64,000 nucleotides of DNA from Ramazzottius varieornatus (Eukaryota; Animalia; Tardigrada), in assembly GCA_001949185.1 (NCBI GenBank), contig BDGG01000015.1, forward strand, positions 67,036-131,035, given 5' to 3'. The position numbers were made by a program, and so were the translations under genes. Shown here piece after piece: positions 13,841-26,700 of the stretch (position 1 is the first letter of the stretch; the number at the start of each line of letters is the position of its first letter). The notes under the pieces are model-generated. The model was given only the letters and a program-made list of their open reading frames with translations, did not search any database and was not told the origin of the DNA.

Positions 13841-16418
13841 TGTGACAGCAGGCTCAGGTAACTGGCAGGTTGACCATGAAAGCCCAAGCAGAGTTGACGT
13901 TGAGGTAATGGCCACGGTATAAGGTAACAATCAACAATGACCGTAATCTGCAACATGGAGAATAGAATCAGCCATTGTGTGCATTGCACCGACCGAACAA
14001 GGGCTTTCTAACATAAACTCAACTCGAAAATATTTAGCCAGACTCAGCGAAAATAAGCACGTATATTGTCCGAAAAATAACAATGTCGATGGTGTAATCG
14101 GGAATGAGCCAAAAACATTTGGCTTTTGAGGATAGCCTAAACCATTATACTGCACCCATATGGACATAATACACCCCTCAAAAGCAGTTTCATTCCGAGA
14201 ACGACGCCAAAATCAATTTCCAACATCATCCGAATATAGTTGCCAGTTTTCTACAGTTTTGTCTGAAATTCGGACCTCTGCTAACAAATATGGGAAAGAC
14301 AAATAATCCACCGAACCAGCAGAGACTAGTACGTTCGAATTTTTAGATTGCAATTGACAGTATTGGTAAACTTTGACCACAGGGACCATTGCAGGTTCCT
14401 CACTTGACGAACCATTGGGTCTCTGCGCCGGATGCCAGCGTCCATTGGCATCAACTGTCGCTGACCATGTTCATTTTTTAGAGGGAGCGGCGAGTTTGTG
14501 ACAAGTGGAAAGTGGCGGAGACATTGAATATGTTTACTCATGTTTTATTCATACACTTAATAATCACGAGTGTTCGATTAGCGCAAATTTGCACAAGACC
14601 TGAGATTATGCCTCGACCGCAATGAGCGCCGGCTGAGCTGCGATCCCTCATCCGACAATCTGCTACACGCCATATCGTCTTTAAAGATTACTCCGCCTAA
14701 GTTGCCATCATTTCCGCTTCTCAATGAGCTCTCTCGTCCACAGGTGAAACCACAACGGCGGGACAGTGTAACTAATAGCGAACAGCTTAGCCCAACTGCC
14801 AACAAAAAAATGCCTGGTGCCAAGTCTCCCACGTTTTTTTGCGCTGTTACGCGCTCCGGCGTAATCGACCGTACCGGATAAAAATTCACTTCCTGATTCG
14901 GATCTTTCCATACTTGATCTGAGCACCATTTACAGCATCATCATTTTTGCAGTGAATATTTTTTACGATACCTCTCTTACATTTAAAATTGGCGAACGGA
15001 AAACTTTCTAGTTCTTTGATGAGAAGCTGAGTACACTGTGTTGTTTTCATGGAAGCAAAATGTTGTTTTGACGGATATGGAAGCTTTTTCTAGGCAAAGG
15101 AAAACAAAGTCACTTACTGAGAAGATGAAAATATTTTCTCCCCGTTCCCGAACAAATTACAACGCATCAGTCTCTTCTGAGATTGAATTATGTGTCCAGC
15201 TGTCAAACGTAAAGAATAATTCCGGTTGAAGACAAGAAGGGCGTCGCTTGGCTAATCCGTGAAAGATTCCAGACGTATTAGCAACCACATAGAAGCGCGG
15301 CGAAGCGGCACAAATTAAATTTCGTAGCAAGGTTTAAAAATGAAAATCCATCGGCTCTTCTTTCCGTTTCACATAAAATTGAAAACCAGTTCCATAATGC
15401 AATGCTCCGTTCTTTCAAATCCGATGCATGCATCAAAAGCTAAGGCTACATGCTAAGCTTTGCAGGAGATAATCATGGTCCAAAGCCGCGACAGTGCATC
15501 CACAACTAGCAACCTCCAAAGCGAGGAAAATGGTTGAAGAAGATGATACAAGTGGATGTCAATTCGGTCGAGTGACTTGCTTGACTGCCACGCTGATAAG
15601 CTGAGCGCTGCAAATGCCAGCAGCCAAAAGTGAGGCTGGACCATGTACTTCAATATACACGGTATATGTACACCGTCCGTTCGACCCTCACCATAATAAT
15701 TTGTTCTACACAGAAAAGACCCCGAGCCATTACCGTACGTCTCTCCGGTCACCGAATCTCGTAAAGCTACTTGCAGTTATGAGAAGAAGGCAGCTATGCC
15801 AGCCATAAAGCCAGCAAGTTGTAACAATAACGCTTTGCCTTGTAAACCGAAGGTGCGACAGCGATACCGGTACCGCTTAAACCTGTCACCCGGTACGAAG
15901 TTGCACCACAAGTACGCCCTTTCGACATGAGCATTCCTCTGGCAAAAACGTGGACGAGTGCGGCATTGTACTGCGAGCTTGATCTCTTGCTTTACGTCCT
16001 GGCCCGCAATAGTAGTTCAGGTTGTCCGGCTGGTTCTTCATACTTCTTCAGCGTGAGTGTCTTTGGCAAAACCATGGCTGAAGATACCTGCTTTTGGCCG
16101 GGAGTAAATCGTTCTTTACTATAGCCGATCGACGTACAGCATTTCTCACTCTTTCGTTCAGCGGTTGCATCTGTTGTAGTTGTATCAAGCCAGCGTTGTA
16201 CGATGGCATACATTTCTGTGCCAACAAGCACAGCGCAGAGGCAACGCGGCCAACAAATCAAGCAAGCTGCACTGAGAAATGATCCCGGAAGAGCATGCCA
16301 GACTGCCGCGCGAGTCGGCAGTCAGCGGTATTATGGGGAGCTCTTCCGCGATATAGTCCGAACATTGTGAGCCTGTATCAGTCGGACCGATTAAACGATT
16401 TGATACGAGCTCTTGTAC

Positions 16419-16579
16419 NNNNNNNNNNNNNNNNNNNNNNNNNNNNNNNNNNNNNNNNNNNNNNNNNNNNNNNNNNNNNNNNNNNNNNNNNNNNNNNNNN
16501 NNNNNNNNNNNNNNNNNNNNNNNNNNNNNNNNNNNNNNNNNNNNNNNNNNNNNNNNNNNNNNNNNNNNNNNNNNNNNNN
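16419..16579. other. Assembly gap (161 N)
   Basis: Run of N bases. Confidence 1.
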
Positions 16580-18134
16580 ATTTAGGCCAGGCACGTGCAC
16601 CTCACTCAACACAGGCATCAAGCGCGCTGAAACGGCACGTTTTAAATGACCAATCAAAAACTGAGCCGAAAATAAGTGCCTATATTCTTTACGTGCCGAA
16701 GTACAAACTGAATCACGTACATAAAAATTGTAATCTCTCACTTGTGTGCTTTTGTGAGCTTATCAGCGCAGGCAAGAGTGACGGAATGTGGTTGAGAACA
16801 GGCCAGACTGGCTCTTCCACGTGCTGGCATGCCCCATCGCTGCATTGTCCCGCTACACTACATCGATTGTCCGTCAGTTCATCTGGTCCTCAATAGGGCC
16901 TGTAGGCCATTAAAGAGGGTACACAAGGGATGGGGAGGATTGGGGCAGGGATATGTGACCTGCACTTGCCTCCCTTCTACATTGTTAACCAAAGCAGCGA
17001 TCCATAAAGACACTTCGTAAACACGATCAGGGAAGTCGTACAATATCCGATATTACTTTGGGATGTCGTATGGGCACCTCCAAAAGGTTCATCGATTCTC
17101 GTTCTGTAACAGACTGATCTGCTGCACTGGTCAACTCGTTTTACTTTCAAAGTTTTGATCGGCAGAAAATATCGCAGGAAAGTGGCAGACTTTGATCGGA
17201 CAGGTCTTTTTGCCGTTGCTGCCTTTGCACAAAGTATGATGGCGACTCGGGCTACACGCTGCATGAGAGTTATGGGTGCCGGGTGGGAATAAACCGCTTG
17301 TTTCATAGCCAGCATCAAAACGGATATTTTACTGTTCCTAAGGAAGATTTCTCCCTGAGAATTTTATAAGTGCGGTTTCGGCGCATTACGGGACACGATG
17401 AAACTTGTGTGTGCGCAAAAAACCGACACAGTAAACCCAGCCGGCGTCTTTTTTACGGAACATGTAGGCCATCTGCCGGCTGGTGATTACTGCGTCTATT
17501 AATATCGCCATGCTGACGGAAGTGTAGAAAAAGCCATAACGATGATGAGTTGCTCCGCAGTCGCGCATGCTTTCATTTGCGTCAGTGGAGCATGTGAGTA
17601 CATACCGTAAAGAGCTTGAGCATTGACGGCCACAACGTGCTATATAGAAGGCTCAACATGCTGACTGCCGGGTTTCCCATGTTAGAAGCCTGCAATCTCA
17701 CACGTATAACGAGTTGTAGCCTGACTAGGCGCATTGAGGAAAGTTGTAAAACCAGAAATTGTAGACACACTGGCGATTTAATGCTGGTTTTTTTGTTGTC
17801 CTTCGATTGTATTGCTCGGAAAGTGGCCTCTCAACTATAGCGACTTCAATCCAGGTCAAGCTAGCTGTACAAGCACACACCTTGGGTATCTAAGCAGAGC
17901 ACCATCATTACAATTGCAAAGAGCCCCTCATCAGCAAGCCTGCATCTTCGACCAACTGTGCACTCTATAATCATTACTTGCTGCTCGACAAGTCGCTCCT
18001 TGATGTTTGATTGTCGTACTGCAGATCTTTGAGCTTCGCAATATAGTGGTCCTCTCGAGCTGCGGTCCATTTGTCAGCCTTCTTCCTAACTGTTCAACCA
18101 CCGCGTACACATGCTAATTACTCCTGCCACCAAC

Positions 18135-20669
18135 ATGGTCATCAAGGTCTACGTATCCGGCATATCGGCCAGCAAAGAGGTACGTACGCCGCGTTCGCTT
18201 GTGCGGTGTCTAACTGGCCCACCCATTGTGAATCTTACTCCGAAATACCTTTCGAGACCATAACTTGAAGCATTCTGAGTTGAACACAATCGCTGAATAC
18301 AATTCACGTGACTTCAAAATTTACGACTAGTGTGTAATGCGGTAGAAATAATTTTGCGAAATGACTGACTGGGCCTAATGCCAGACTAGGTTAACAAGAA
18401 AAGTACCATGTCACAGTTTTTGCTTGTCCAGCAATTAGGAGTACATGGTCGCGCGAAGTCAGCGGCTCGGATTACATCACCGTCTACTTCACCTTGTGGT
18501 ATATGCTTAGGTCTGGTTTGTCTCGCTCGAGTTGATTGGGCTGGTTGCAGGTCAAGAAACATCAACAACGCATTTTGATGATATTGGATAGTTACAAGAT
18601 TCCGTACGAGCTGATTGACATTACGGCGCCGGGCAGTGAACAGGAGCGGGACTTTATGCGGGAACACGGAAAGAAGAAGAATGAACGTTTGGCGCCTCAA
18701 CCACCGCAGATATTCATCGATGAAGATCTCCTCGGTGTAAGTTATCACTCACGAATTGCTAATGGCTTTTACCAACCGTCTAGCATACGAGCTTGGCCAT
18801 GACCACCAAATATAACGCCGCAGCAACATAACAATTATTGTCACCGAAAATACTGCATAAACGGTCATCTGGGTTTGACTAAGCCTCGATCCGTAGATCT
18901 GGGCTTAGGTAGCTTGTATTACGGTGCTTTTTCCAGGACTACGATGACTTTGACAATGCCTTCGAGATGGATAACTTGATGGTCTATCTCCGGCTTGAAA
19001 AACCCAAGAAACGAGGGAAGGAAGCAATCAATGGACACGGCGAGGTGAGTTTCGTGTTAGAATTTCCAGAAAATTCTCACGCGCCAGTCGCACATTCTGT
19101 TTCACCGTCCCTTGAGCTGAATCAGAATTTTGTTCCCAACTGGTGTTCCTGGGGTCCAGCAAAAAAAGATCCGCGTTGCCTTGCACCAGCTTTCGAGACG
19201 TAGACAAAGTCATTAGATAACTTTTGCCGGGAGAGCCAAAACGAAAATAGATAATGAAGGGTAGCGCGTTGTGTGTAATCGTCAACGACACTAGACGGCG
19301 CTGTCAATTTTCTGCACCGAAATATCGCACCGTACAGAACGATTCTGAGAACGACTATACTCTCTTTGGTCCCTGTAAATTGTTGAGTAATTTTGTATTT
19401 GTTTTGCAGAAGGAGAACGACACAGAAAATGGTAAGAGTGACGAAGAGAATAAGGAAAATGAGGGTGAAGGTGAGGATGATATTGGGGATGTTTGGGGCG
19501 ATGTCGATGGTGACATGCCCAAAAAAAAGCCTAAGAAGAGTGAACCAGCAGAGGGTGAAGAAGGTGAGAAAAAAGAGAATGACGAGGAGATCGAAGATAT
19601 CTTCGCGAACCAGGATGATGACATGCCACGCAAGAAAAAGCCCGCAGGCGAAGACACCGAGGAAGAGAAGAAGGACGAGGAAGAGATCGAAGATATCTTC
19701 GCAAATCAGGATGACGACATGCCACGTAAGAAGCCAAAGCCCGTAGCGGAAGAGACGGAAGAGGAGGAAGTTGAGGACATATTCGCAAACCAAGACGACG
19801 ATATGCCCAGGAAAAAAAAGGCCGAAGTACCCGCTGACGACGACGCTCCTGCGTCCGAACGAGGAGAAAGTGTGAAGGAAGAGGAAGACGAGGAAGTAGA
19901 CTTTTTTGCGGAGCTCGAGAAGGCCGAAGAGTCAACGGCCAAACGCAAAGCCCTAAAGAAACGTTCGGGTTCGGTGGAAGATGTGCTGGATGAAAAGAAG
20001 GAAGGGGAAGCCGAAGAGGAAGAAGACCCTTGGGCTGGTCGGGATGAGGATGCTATACCAAAGAAGAAGAAACCGGTCGCCGATGAGGCTGAAAACGAGG
20101 ACGCCAGTGAAGATATCTGGGCCGACCGCGACGAGGATAAACCCAAGAAAAAAATTGCGGTGCGAGACATCGATGCCGATGATCGAGAAATCCGTCAGCC
20201 TAAAAAGGAAGAAGCAGAAGAAGAGGAGCAGATCGAGGACGTATGGGCAGATCGTGACGACGACTTGCCTAGAAAGAAATCCGTACCCCAGAGCGAGCCA
20301 GATCAGGAAGATGAGGAAAAAGACCCCTGGGCAGGCAGAAACGACGATATGCCGAAGAAAAAGCCAGCGCCGGAGCCAGAGCAGGATGAGGAAGATACCA
20401 ATGACATCTTTGCTAACAGAGATGATGACATGCCGAGGAAAAAATCGGAACCTGAAGTCAAGACGGAAAAGGGGGAAGAATCTGCAAAGGAGCCCGAGGA
20501 GGAATTGGATGATATCTGGGGAAATTATGACGACGAGATGCCAAAGAAGAAAACTGCACCCGCTGTAGAAGTTGAGGAGACCGAACCTGACGAAACGCCC
20601 AAAGAAGCTGAAAAGGTGGATGACGAAGAAGATGCAGACGATATCTTTGCTGGCCGCAGCGACGATTAG
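18135..20669 (+). CDS. SH3BGR: SH3 domain-binding glutamic acid-rich (SH3BGR-family) protein with long acidic repeat tail, ~532 aa
   Basis: Exons 18135-18179, 18551-18736, 18937-19044, 19410-20669, all phase 0 and GT-AG. They give MVIKVYVSGISASKE-VKKHQQRILMILDSYKIPYELIDIT..RDFMRE..PPQIFIDEDLLG-DYDDFDNAFE, the SH3BGR thioredoxin-like fold, followed by an E/D/K-rich tail. Confidence 0.9.
19470..20666 (+). repeat. Coding tandem repeat, ~11-12 units of D[IVP][FW]Ax[RQ]DDD[ML]P[RK]KK
   Basis: Units such as EDIFANQDDDMPRKK (x3), EDPWAGRDEDAIPKKKK, EDIWADRDEDKPKKK, EDVWADRDDDLPRKK, DPWAGRNDDMPKKK, DIFANRDDDMPRKK and DDIWGNYDDEMPKKK. Confidence 0.9.
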
Positions 20670-20760
20670 ATGAATAACTCACCGCCCTCAATATATTAGT
20701 CGCGCCTTCAACATTGTCTTTTATTGCTGAAGCCCTCACGCCTCGTGTCATGAAATTACG

Positions 20761-20766
20761 AATAAA
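20761..20766 (+). terminator. Putative polyadenylation signal of the SH3BGR-like gene
   Basis: AATAAA ~90 nt after the stop codon. Confidence 0.5.
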
Positions 20767-20839
20767 TACATCGATTTTTACACTCACAAAAGATATCAAA
20801 AATTTAGTTTAATGTATCCGACTAACGCACGTTTGCCTT

Positions 20840-21959
20840 TTGCAGTTGCATGGAGGTGAAAACCTGCTCGGCCCTGAGCCAGTCAACTTTCTTCTAACCC
20901 CTTTCCCGCATGTTAAATTGCCCCTCCACGATGCGGATTGCACCTACTTTCACACGGCATTTTGCGAGGCCCGGTTCTTCGAAGATAACCCCGTCTACAG
21001 CACAAAATATCCGTCATCTAACAATATGGCTACGCTTTGCCAGTTGATAAATTTGGCATGCATGGCATTTGTACCGCTACTAGACCCGTCAGCTTTCTCC
21101 CAAACTCCATACTGCATGCAACGCCGACTATCTGTGTTGTCCGAGATTCGCTTACTCAGCACATTTCGACTATCAACTTGTACCCTGATATTCCCGGGTC
21201 CTGGCAAAAGATCATCGTCGAGATTCCACAGGCTCACAATCTACAGTAACATGCTAAGTTGAACCAAATACGTTAAACCAATACGCGCACTGTGTGATAC
21301 ATCTTCACTACGGGCAGTGTTGTTTGTAATACAGTCCACTCGTTTGAGATCCGTACACTATTCCTCCAATTCAAGTTGGCAAAATCATAAGGAACGCAGG
21401 GGGGCTCGCCATGAAATCTTTTGATTGTTTGTTCATCCTAACGCGACAGCAGAAGCTACCAGTTGCATTAAATTTTGGCTCTTCGAAAACAGAAACAAGT
21501 TCCAGAACCTCGAAGAATACAAGAGGTTTGACAGTGCTACACTCGGTAAAATGGATTGTGAAGGCATGGCAGTTACCAAACTGCTTTCGCAAAGCTGGCG
21601 CGTTTCATATGGTAACAGACAAGTGGTTGATTTTCGAAAAAAGCTGATTGTCCGTAGAATATGACGTCATTTTTTTTCGTTTTTCGCAAGCTGTACGGCT
21701 GGTGTTTGGCTGGTGGCAAAGAGAAATGGAAGAAGATTGTACGGATCTCAAACGAGTGGACTGCACGGTACATCTATACGCGCATGCCCTAACTGTGGGC
21801 ATGGACAAAACTGTAGGCAGCGGAGCGAAGACGAAATTCAGAAGTACGGCACTGGTGAAACGGATCTTACCGTTTAGCCGAGACTTCAGGCGTGCTTCCA
21901 AGAACCAGATCTTCTTCCGCTACGCGATCTCGATCCTGTCTTGTTCAGCGGGATGGTGA
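20840..21959 (+). pseudogene. Possible degenerate gene fragment, family unknown
   Basis: Several consecutive protein-like + strand ORF pieces in different frames (21037-21249, 21425-21664, 21648-21959). I could not build a coherent spliced model. Confidence 0.2.
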
Positions 21960-22633
21960 CTTTCTTTCCGATGTCAGCAGTCCACCAGCGAACAGAAGCA
22001 TTTATTTATAAGAAAATATAGAACTTTGTGTCCGCAACAGTATGGGGCGTTGGCGTTCCCGTAACTATTGTTATCCTTCGTTCAGCGGAGATCTAGACAG
22101 CTAAGAAAGAATTCTGTACTTCTTTAGAAGTCCATTTTATTTCGTAAAGTGATCTAAATTGGTGGCTTCACTTACGAATGAGTATTTTATATGCCCAAGT
22201 GCTAACCAATAGGGATGCATTTTGTACAATCACTAAAGTGTACACTCGGTTGCATAATATGTTCCTAATCCATGAAAAGACCTGTGCATTCCAAAAAAGA
22301 GGCCCGGCCGACACCAGGCAAGTGCCGCACGACTTACCACGTACCATGTGATCTAACCGCCTTTTGACGCTTTTGGCTTAGATTTCACGTCCAGTTCGAC
22401 TGTGAGATTAACACGACAGTCTTAGCAACCACAGAAAGGACATGCGTCCAGTTGTAAAGCAGGAAGGACATCTGTGCTGTTTCCAAACGTGGCGCGACGG
22501 TCCCAGCTTTGCCTTTCTGTATTAAAGTGTACCGCATGTGATATTCCATCTGTACAGTGTTCTGTTTTGATATCCCTGGCTAACCGGATGTGATATACTT
22601 ATTTGTCGCCGTGTCGGCTTCGTACGGCAAATT

Positions 22634-23524
22634 ATGAATAAGAAAGCCAAGCAGGAGGCGCTGACCGATATTGAGAACATCGGATATCAGATGAAAATGG
22701 TTACCGGCCTGATTGATCGCGCGAAGCAAATCTGTAATGAAACCCATCGCGCATTACCGGAAAGGACAAAAGGTAACAATGCCAAGCACGAAAACTGCAG
22801 ATATATCAATCATGCTTTTGTCTTTGAAGTCCAGCAGGGCAAACCGCAGTATTACAATTTGTGCAGTGTGAATATACTTCCCTGCCGGTATTCGCGTGAT
22901 GTGCGCCAGCATTGATTGACTACTATTGTCATGGGATTACCGGCTGAGGGAAGCGTTTTTGACATTGTAAAGTCTGTCGGAGATGCTTACTTGGTATTCA
23001 ACGATGTATTTGCAGAGTTTCATTCTGGGACAGTTGCCCTCGCTTGTCTGTACATTGTCTGTGAGCAAGAGATGAACCCTCGATTCTATGACGAAATGTG
23101 TCGTTACAAGTCGGATGTGGAAATCACACCTGAGTATCTCAAGCTGATTGTTAACGAACTGAAGGCCCAAGTACCCACCGCTTCCGTTCGAGTACGGCCT
23201 GCCGCCGAAAATTTTCTACCACGGATGTGTGGTGAGCTAGCTCTAACACATAAAGTACAGGCCAAAGCTGCCAAGTTTCTTCCTGGACTTCAAAAGCAAG
23301 AAACTTCGGCAGATTCCCGGATGCTCTTGGCTGTCTCTATCATGATGGCCACCGTCGAAACGCCCCTGGAATCGAGGACGCCAGCGGAAGTGGCCGAAGT
23401 TGTTGGAGTTGACCTTATTTACCTTTCGAAAGTTTATGAGAAGCTTGTTGCCCAGAAAAGCAAGATGGAGAAGGCCAAAGGTGGTAATGGCGGTGATGCT
23501 GATAGCAAAGACGACGCTGACTGA
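22634..23524 (+). CDS. Transcription initiation factor IIB-like protein, core cyclin repeats only, ~215 aa
   Basis: Exons 22634-22772 and 23016-23524 are joined by a phase-1 intron (gtaaca...tttgcag) that removes the in-frame TGA at 22913. The joined sequence IDRAKQIC..RTKEFHSGTVALACLYIVCEQEMNPRFYDEM, FLPRMCGELAL..VQ, RTPAEVAEVVGV..LSKVY parallels the two TFIIB repeats. Confidence 0.8.
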
Positions 23525-23608
23525 GTAACTGTCTTGTATCTTTTGCTGTTTAGTCTGTGCGTTGTGACGCCAATATGCAGAAAATGCAGTCGGGTGATGA
23601 CGTCTCTT

Positions 23609-23670
23609 AATAAACAGACAGAGCAGTGGGAAACACGGAAAAACCGAAACGGAAAGCAGATAATTTTATT
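23609..23670. terminator. Convergent polyadenylation signals
   Basis: AATAAA (+) at 23609-23614 after the TFIIB-like stop, and TTTATT (AATAAA on -) at 23665-23670 after the stop of the large membrane-protein gene. Confidence 0.5.
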
Positions 23671-23765
23671 TCTCAAGGAGTGAAGCAATTCAGGATTGCA
23701 GCAGGAAACTAACGTTCATAAAACATTATCAGAAGAAGATAAAATAAATGAATGAAATAGCTGTT

Positions 23766-26700
23766 TTATATCAGTTTCACCTTTGGAGGCTGCATGTGAG
23801 GCCACCAGTTCTTTCTGATATTTCTCGTCATCAGATACCTGGCCGACCAACCTATCACAGAAACACCAAGGAAAACTCCAGCGTATGCGCCAAAGCTCTC
23901 CATGAGCCATTGAGGCACATTCTTTTCGCAGTTCACTCCCGAGTATGGCGACTCGCACTCACAGACTTGTCCCTTGCCTTCGACCACCATGCAAATTCCG
24001 CGCTCATGACAATATGATGGGCTACAGGGGACATCGGAACAGTTGACTCCGTAGTAACTTTCGAGGCAGTTGCAGGTGTAGTACGGAGGTTGGCTTTGAT
24101 ACTCGCAAGGACTATCAAGGCACGGACTGGGATAACACGCATCCAGGCAAACCTCCTTGTTGTCGACATTTCCGACTGGAATATACGGATCTTTGCATTT
24201 GCAGTTGTAAGGGTAGACACTACTATTGGTAGAATCGGCTTGTTCGCAGTAGTGCCGATAACTACAGTCGTTGGCTTCGTCACATCCAAATTTGACGGTT
24301 TCTCCGACTATAGTCTTCTCATAATCATCAGGCAGAGCCCGATTTACTGTGTTGTTATCGCTCTTGACAATGCGCGTCACAATAGGCACGCGTAAAGAAG
24401 TCCCTTCGAGAGCACATGTACCTGCAATGCCAAGGACAAATCTGCCCACTCGTTGACCGTACAACTTTTGTGTGGATCCCTACCTCCTGTCAGATGGTTC
24501 TCAGCGTCACATAGTGCGGGCAATCTCGTCTTAATGGTCGACGTCACATTGTTAATCGGACAGTCGACAGAGCTGTTCGATACTTCGTCAAAATTCATGA
24601 CAATAGTGGCATCCACGTATGACTCGCCAAATTTCGTGATCTGCGACACTTGTGAGTCCAAGAATTTTGTTCCGGCACATGGCCAATGAGACACATTTTG
24701 GAACATTGCTCCCAACACCGTCTGCGTGTCGTTGCTGAACGTCTTGAAGTCCGCCGAGAAAACATTCGAGTATTCCTCATTTGGCGGCATAGCTAACCTT
24801 AGCTTAATGGTGTAGGCATGTGCACTGATTTTGCAGACTTTTTCCACCGCGTCACGATGGAAGCCTGGTGAACACTGGCATTCGTAAAACCCTTGTTTGT
24901 TCACGCACTGAGCGAACTGATCGGCACAACTGTCCAAGACAGTTTTGTCTTCACATTCATTAAGGTCCACACAGAGGTCTGCGATCTGGGTAAAACCGGG
25001 AAAGCACGAGCACGTGAAATCCGGATAGCCGTTGTTGTCGCATATTCCGCCGTTCACGTCCTGTCCACATGCTGTCTTGTCATCCTTACATCGGTCTCTG
25101 CAATACGCAAAACAGAAACGTGAATAAAAGATAGCCCCTCAGTTCAGTACAACGGGATGAGCGATATTGATACAAGACAAAATCAACCTTTCGATGCATT
25201 GTAGCATCACGTATGTGGTGGTTGATGTGTTTGTCAAGCGATACTTGTCCGGACAGTCGCATTCGTAGCTGCCGGCGGTATTGGTGCAGGTAGCAATATC
25301 TGGAGGCTGACAGGGTCGTTTGTGAGGTTTAACCAGGCATTCATCGATATCTACGCACTGGTCCCGGTGATCCGTGAGTGATAAAGCTTTAAAGCCTGGT
25401 CGACATGGACAGGTGAAGGCGTACCGATCGCCAATGACATGCCTACAGACTGTCGAGTCAGTCAGGCAGTTATGGTCACTGGGACGGAGACAAGGGTTGA
25501 GCAGTCGCCAATGAAGCATGGCAATGTTGTCAGGAGCACGGATGCGGAGGTCGAGACTAGTGGGTGGTGCCTCGTTTTGTGTCGAAATGTCGGTGGAACT
25601 CGTGTCGTCTGGTGTCGAGCTCAGAGATGAAGTAACAGGTAAACCAATGGTGGTCGTCTGGACGGCTTGCAGCACCATTTGGTCGAGTAAGCAGTCGTCG
25701 TTCACTAAGACGCCGCTACACGGGGTCGATATACCTGCCATAACACAGAAAAGCTGCAGGATGGTCTACAGTTTCGATTCTCCATTGTCGACAACTCTAC
25801 CTTCAAAAAATGCTTGGCTGATTTGAGTTACTTCTGCAATGGTAACTGTACTGTTATCCGCCCTGTGCCGGTCAAATACCAGCGTCACATATATGTCCGT
25901 AGTTCCAGTACCGTTGTTGAGTTCAAACCGGTCGGCTACGGCTCTTTGAAACGCAGAGGTCTGGGATAGTTCCAGTTCGGACGAATGCCTGATAAACAAA
26001 TCTGTCGCCCATCTCTCGGTCAATTGCGCTAGCTGCTGATATTCCAACGTATCATTCCGTCGATATTCCGATGCGAAAGGCAGATGACTGCGCAACACAA
26101 ATTCATGAACATGGCTGCCGACTACGCAGAAACCTGCTTTGTTTTTGTAAAACGTCCGAAGGCACTTGCACTCGGGTCCGAGAATTGTATTAACTTTGTA
26201 AGCCATTCGGTTCCCGCATGCTTGATCATATGCCTTGACTTCAGCTGTCTTGATACAAGTACCGCCAGAAAAGTACCAGTCCTTGTCACAGTGGCATCGG
26301 TAGGAGCCAGGAATATTGAAACATTCGTTAGGTGCTGGTCCACATACGTTCAAAATTTCTGCGCACTCGTCGATATCAACGCACTGCAAATATTCGAGTC
26401 AGTATTTATCACTGAGGAATAGGGTGGCAAACTGCTCTAGTCACCTTCTGGTCCTGATCAGCCTTTGCAGGCATGGAGCGAAAGCCTGGGTTGCAATTGC
26501 ATTGGTACGTCCCATTAACGTTGAAGCATTGCCCGTACATCCGATCACAGTCGTTATATACATCTACGGCGCATTCATCGACATCAGCACATTCGTGCGT
26601 AGTAGGGTCATACTGGTAACCGGTTTCGCACACTGGAATCAGACATTTCAGATCGACACACCGAATGCTTCTGGGCGTCCGAAAATGGCAAAAGCACACC

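Noticed and set aside
16295-16741. ORFs spanning the N run
   Set aside because: Artefacts of the assembly gap.
14326-17840. Numerous short ORFs between MPRIP and SH3BGR
   Set aside because: No domain signature or consistent splicing, so treated as intergenic/UTR.
19122-20170. Long Phe/Leu/Ser-rich minus-strand ORFs
   Set aside because: They are antisense shadows of the acidic SH3BGR tail.
22913-22915. In-frame TGA suggesting a TFIIB pseudogene or stop readthrough/selenocysteine
   Set aside because: It lies within the predicted intron 22773-23015, whose removal restores TFIIB-like spacing.
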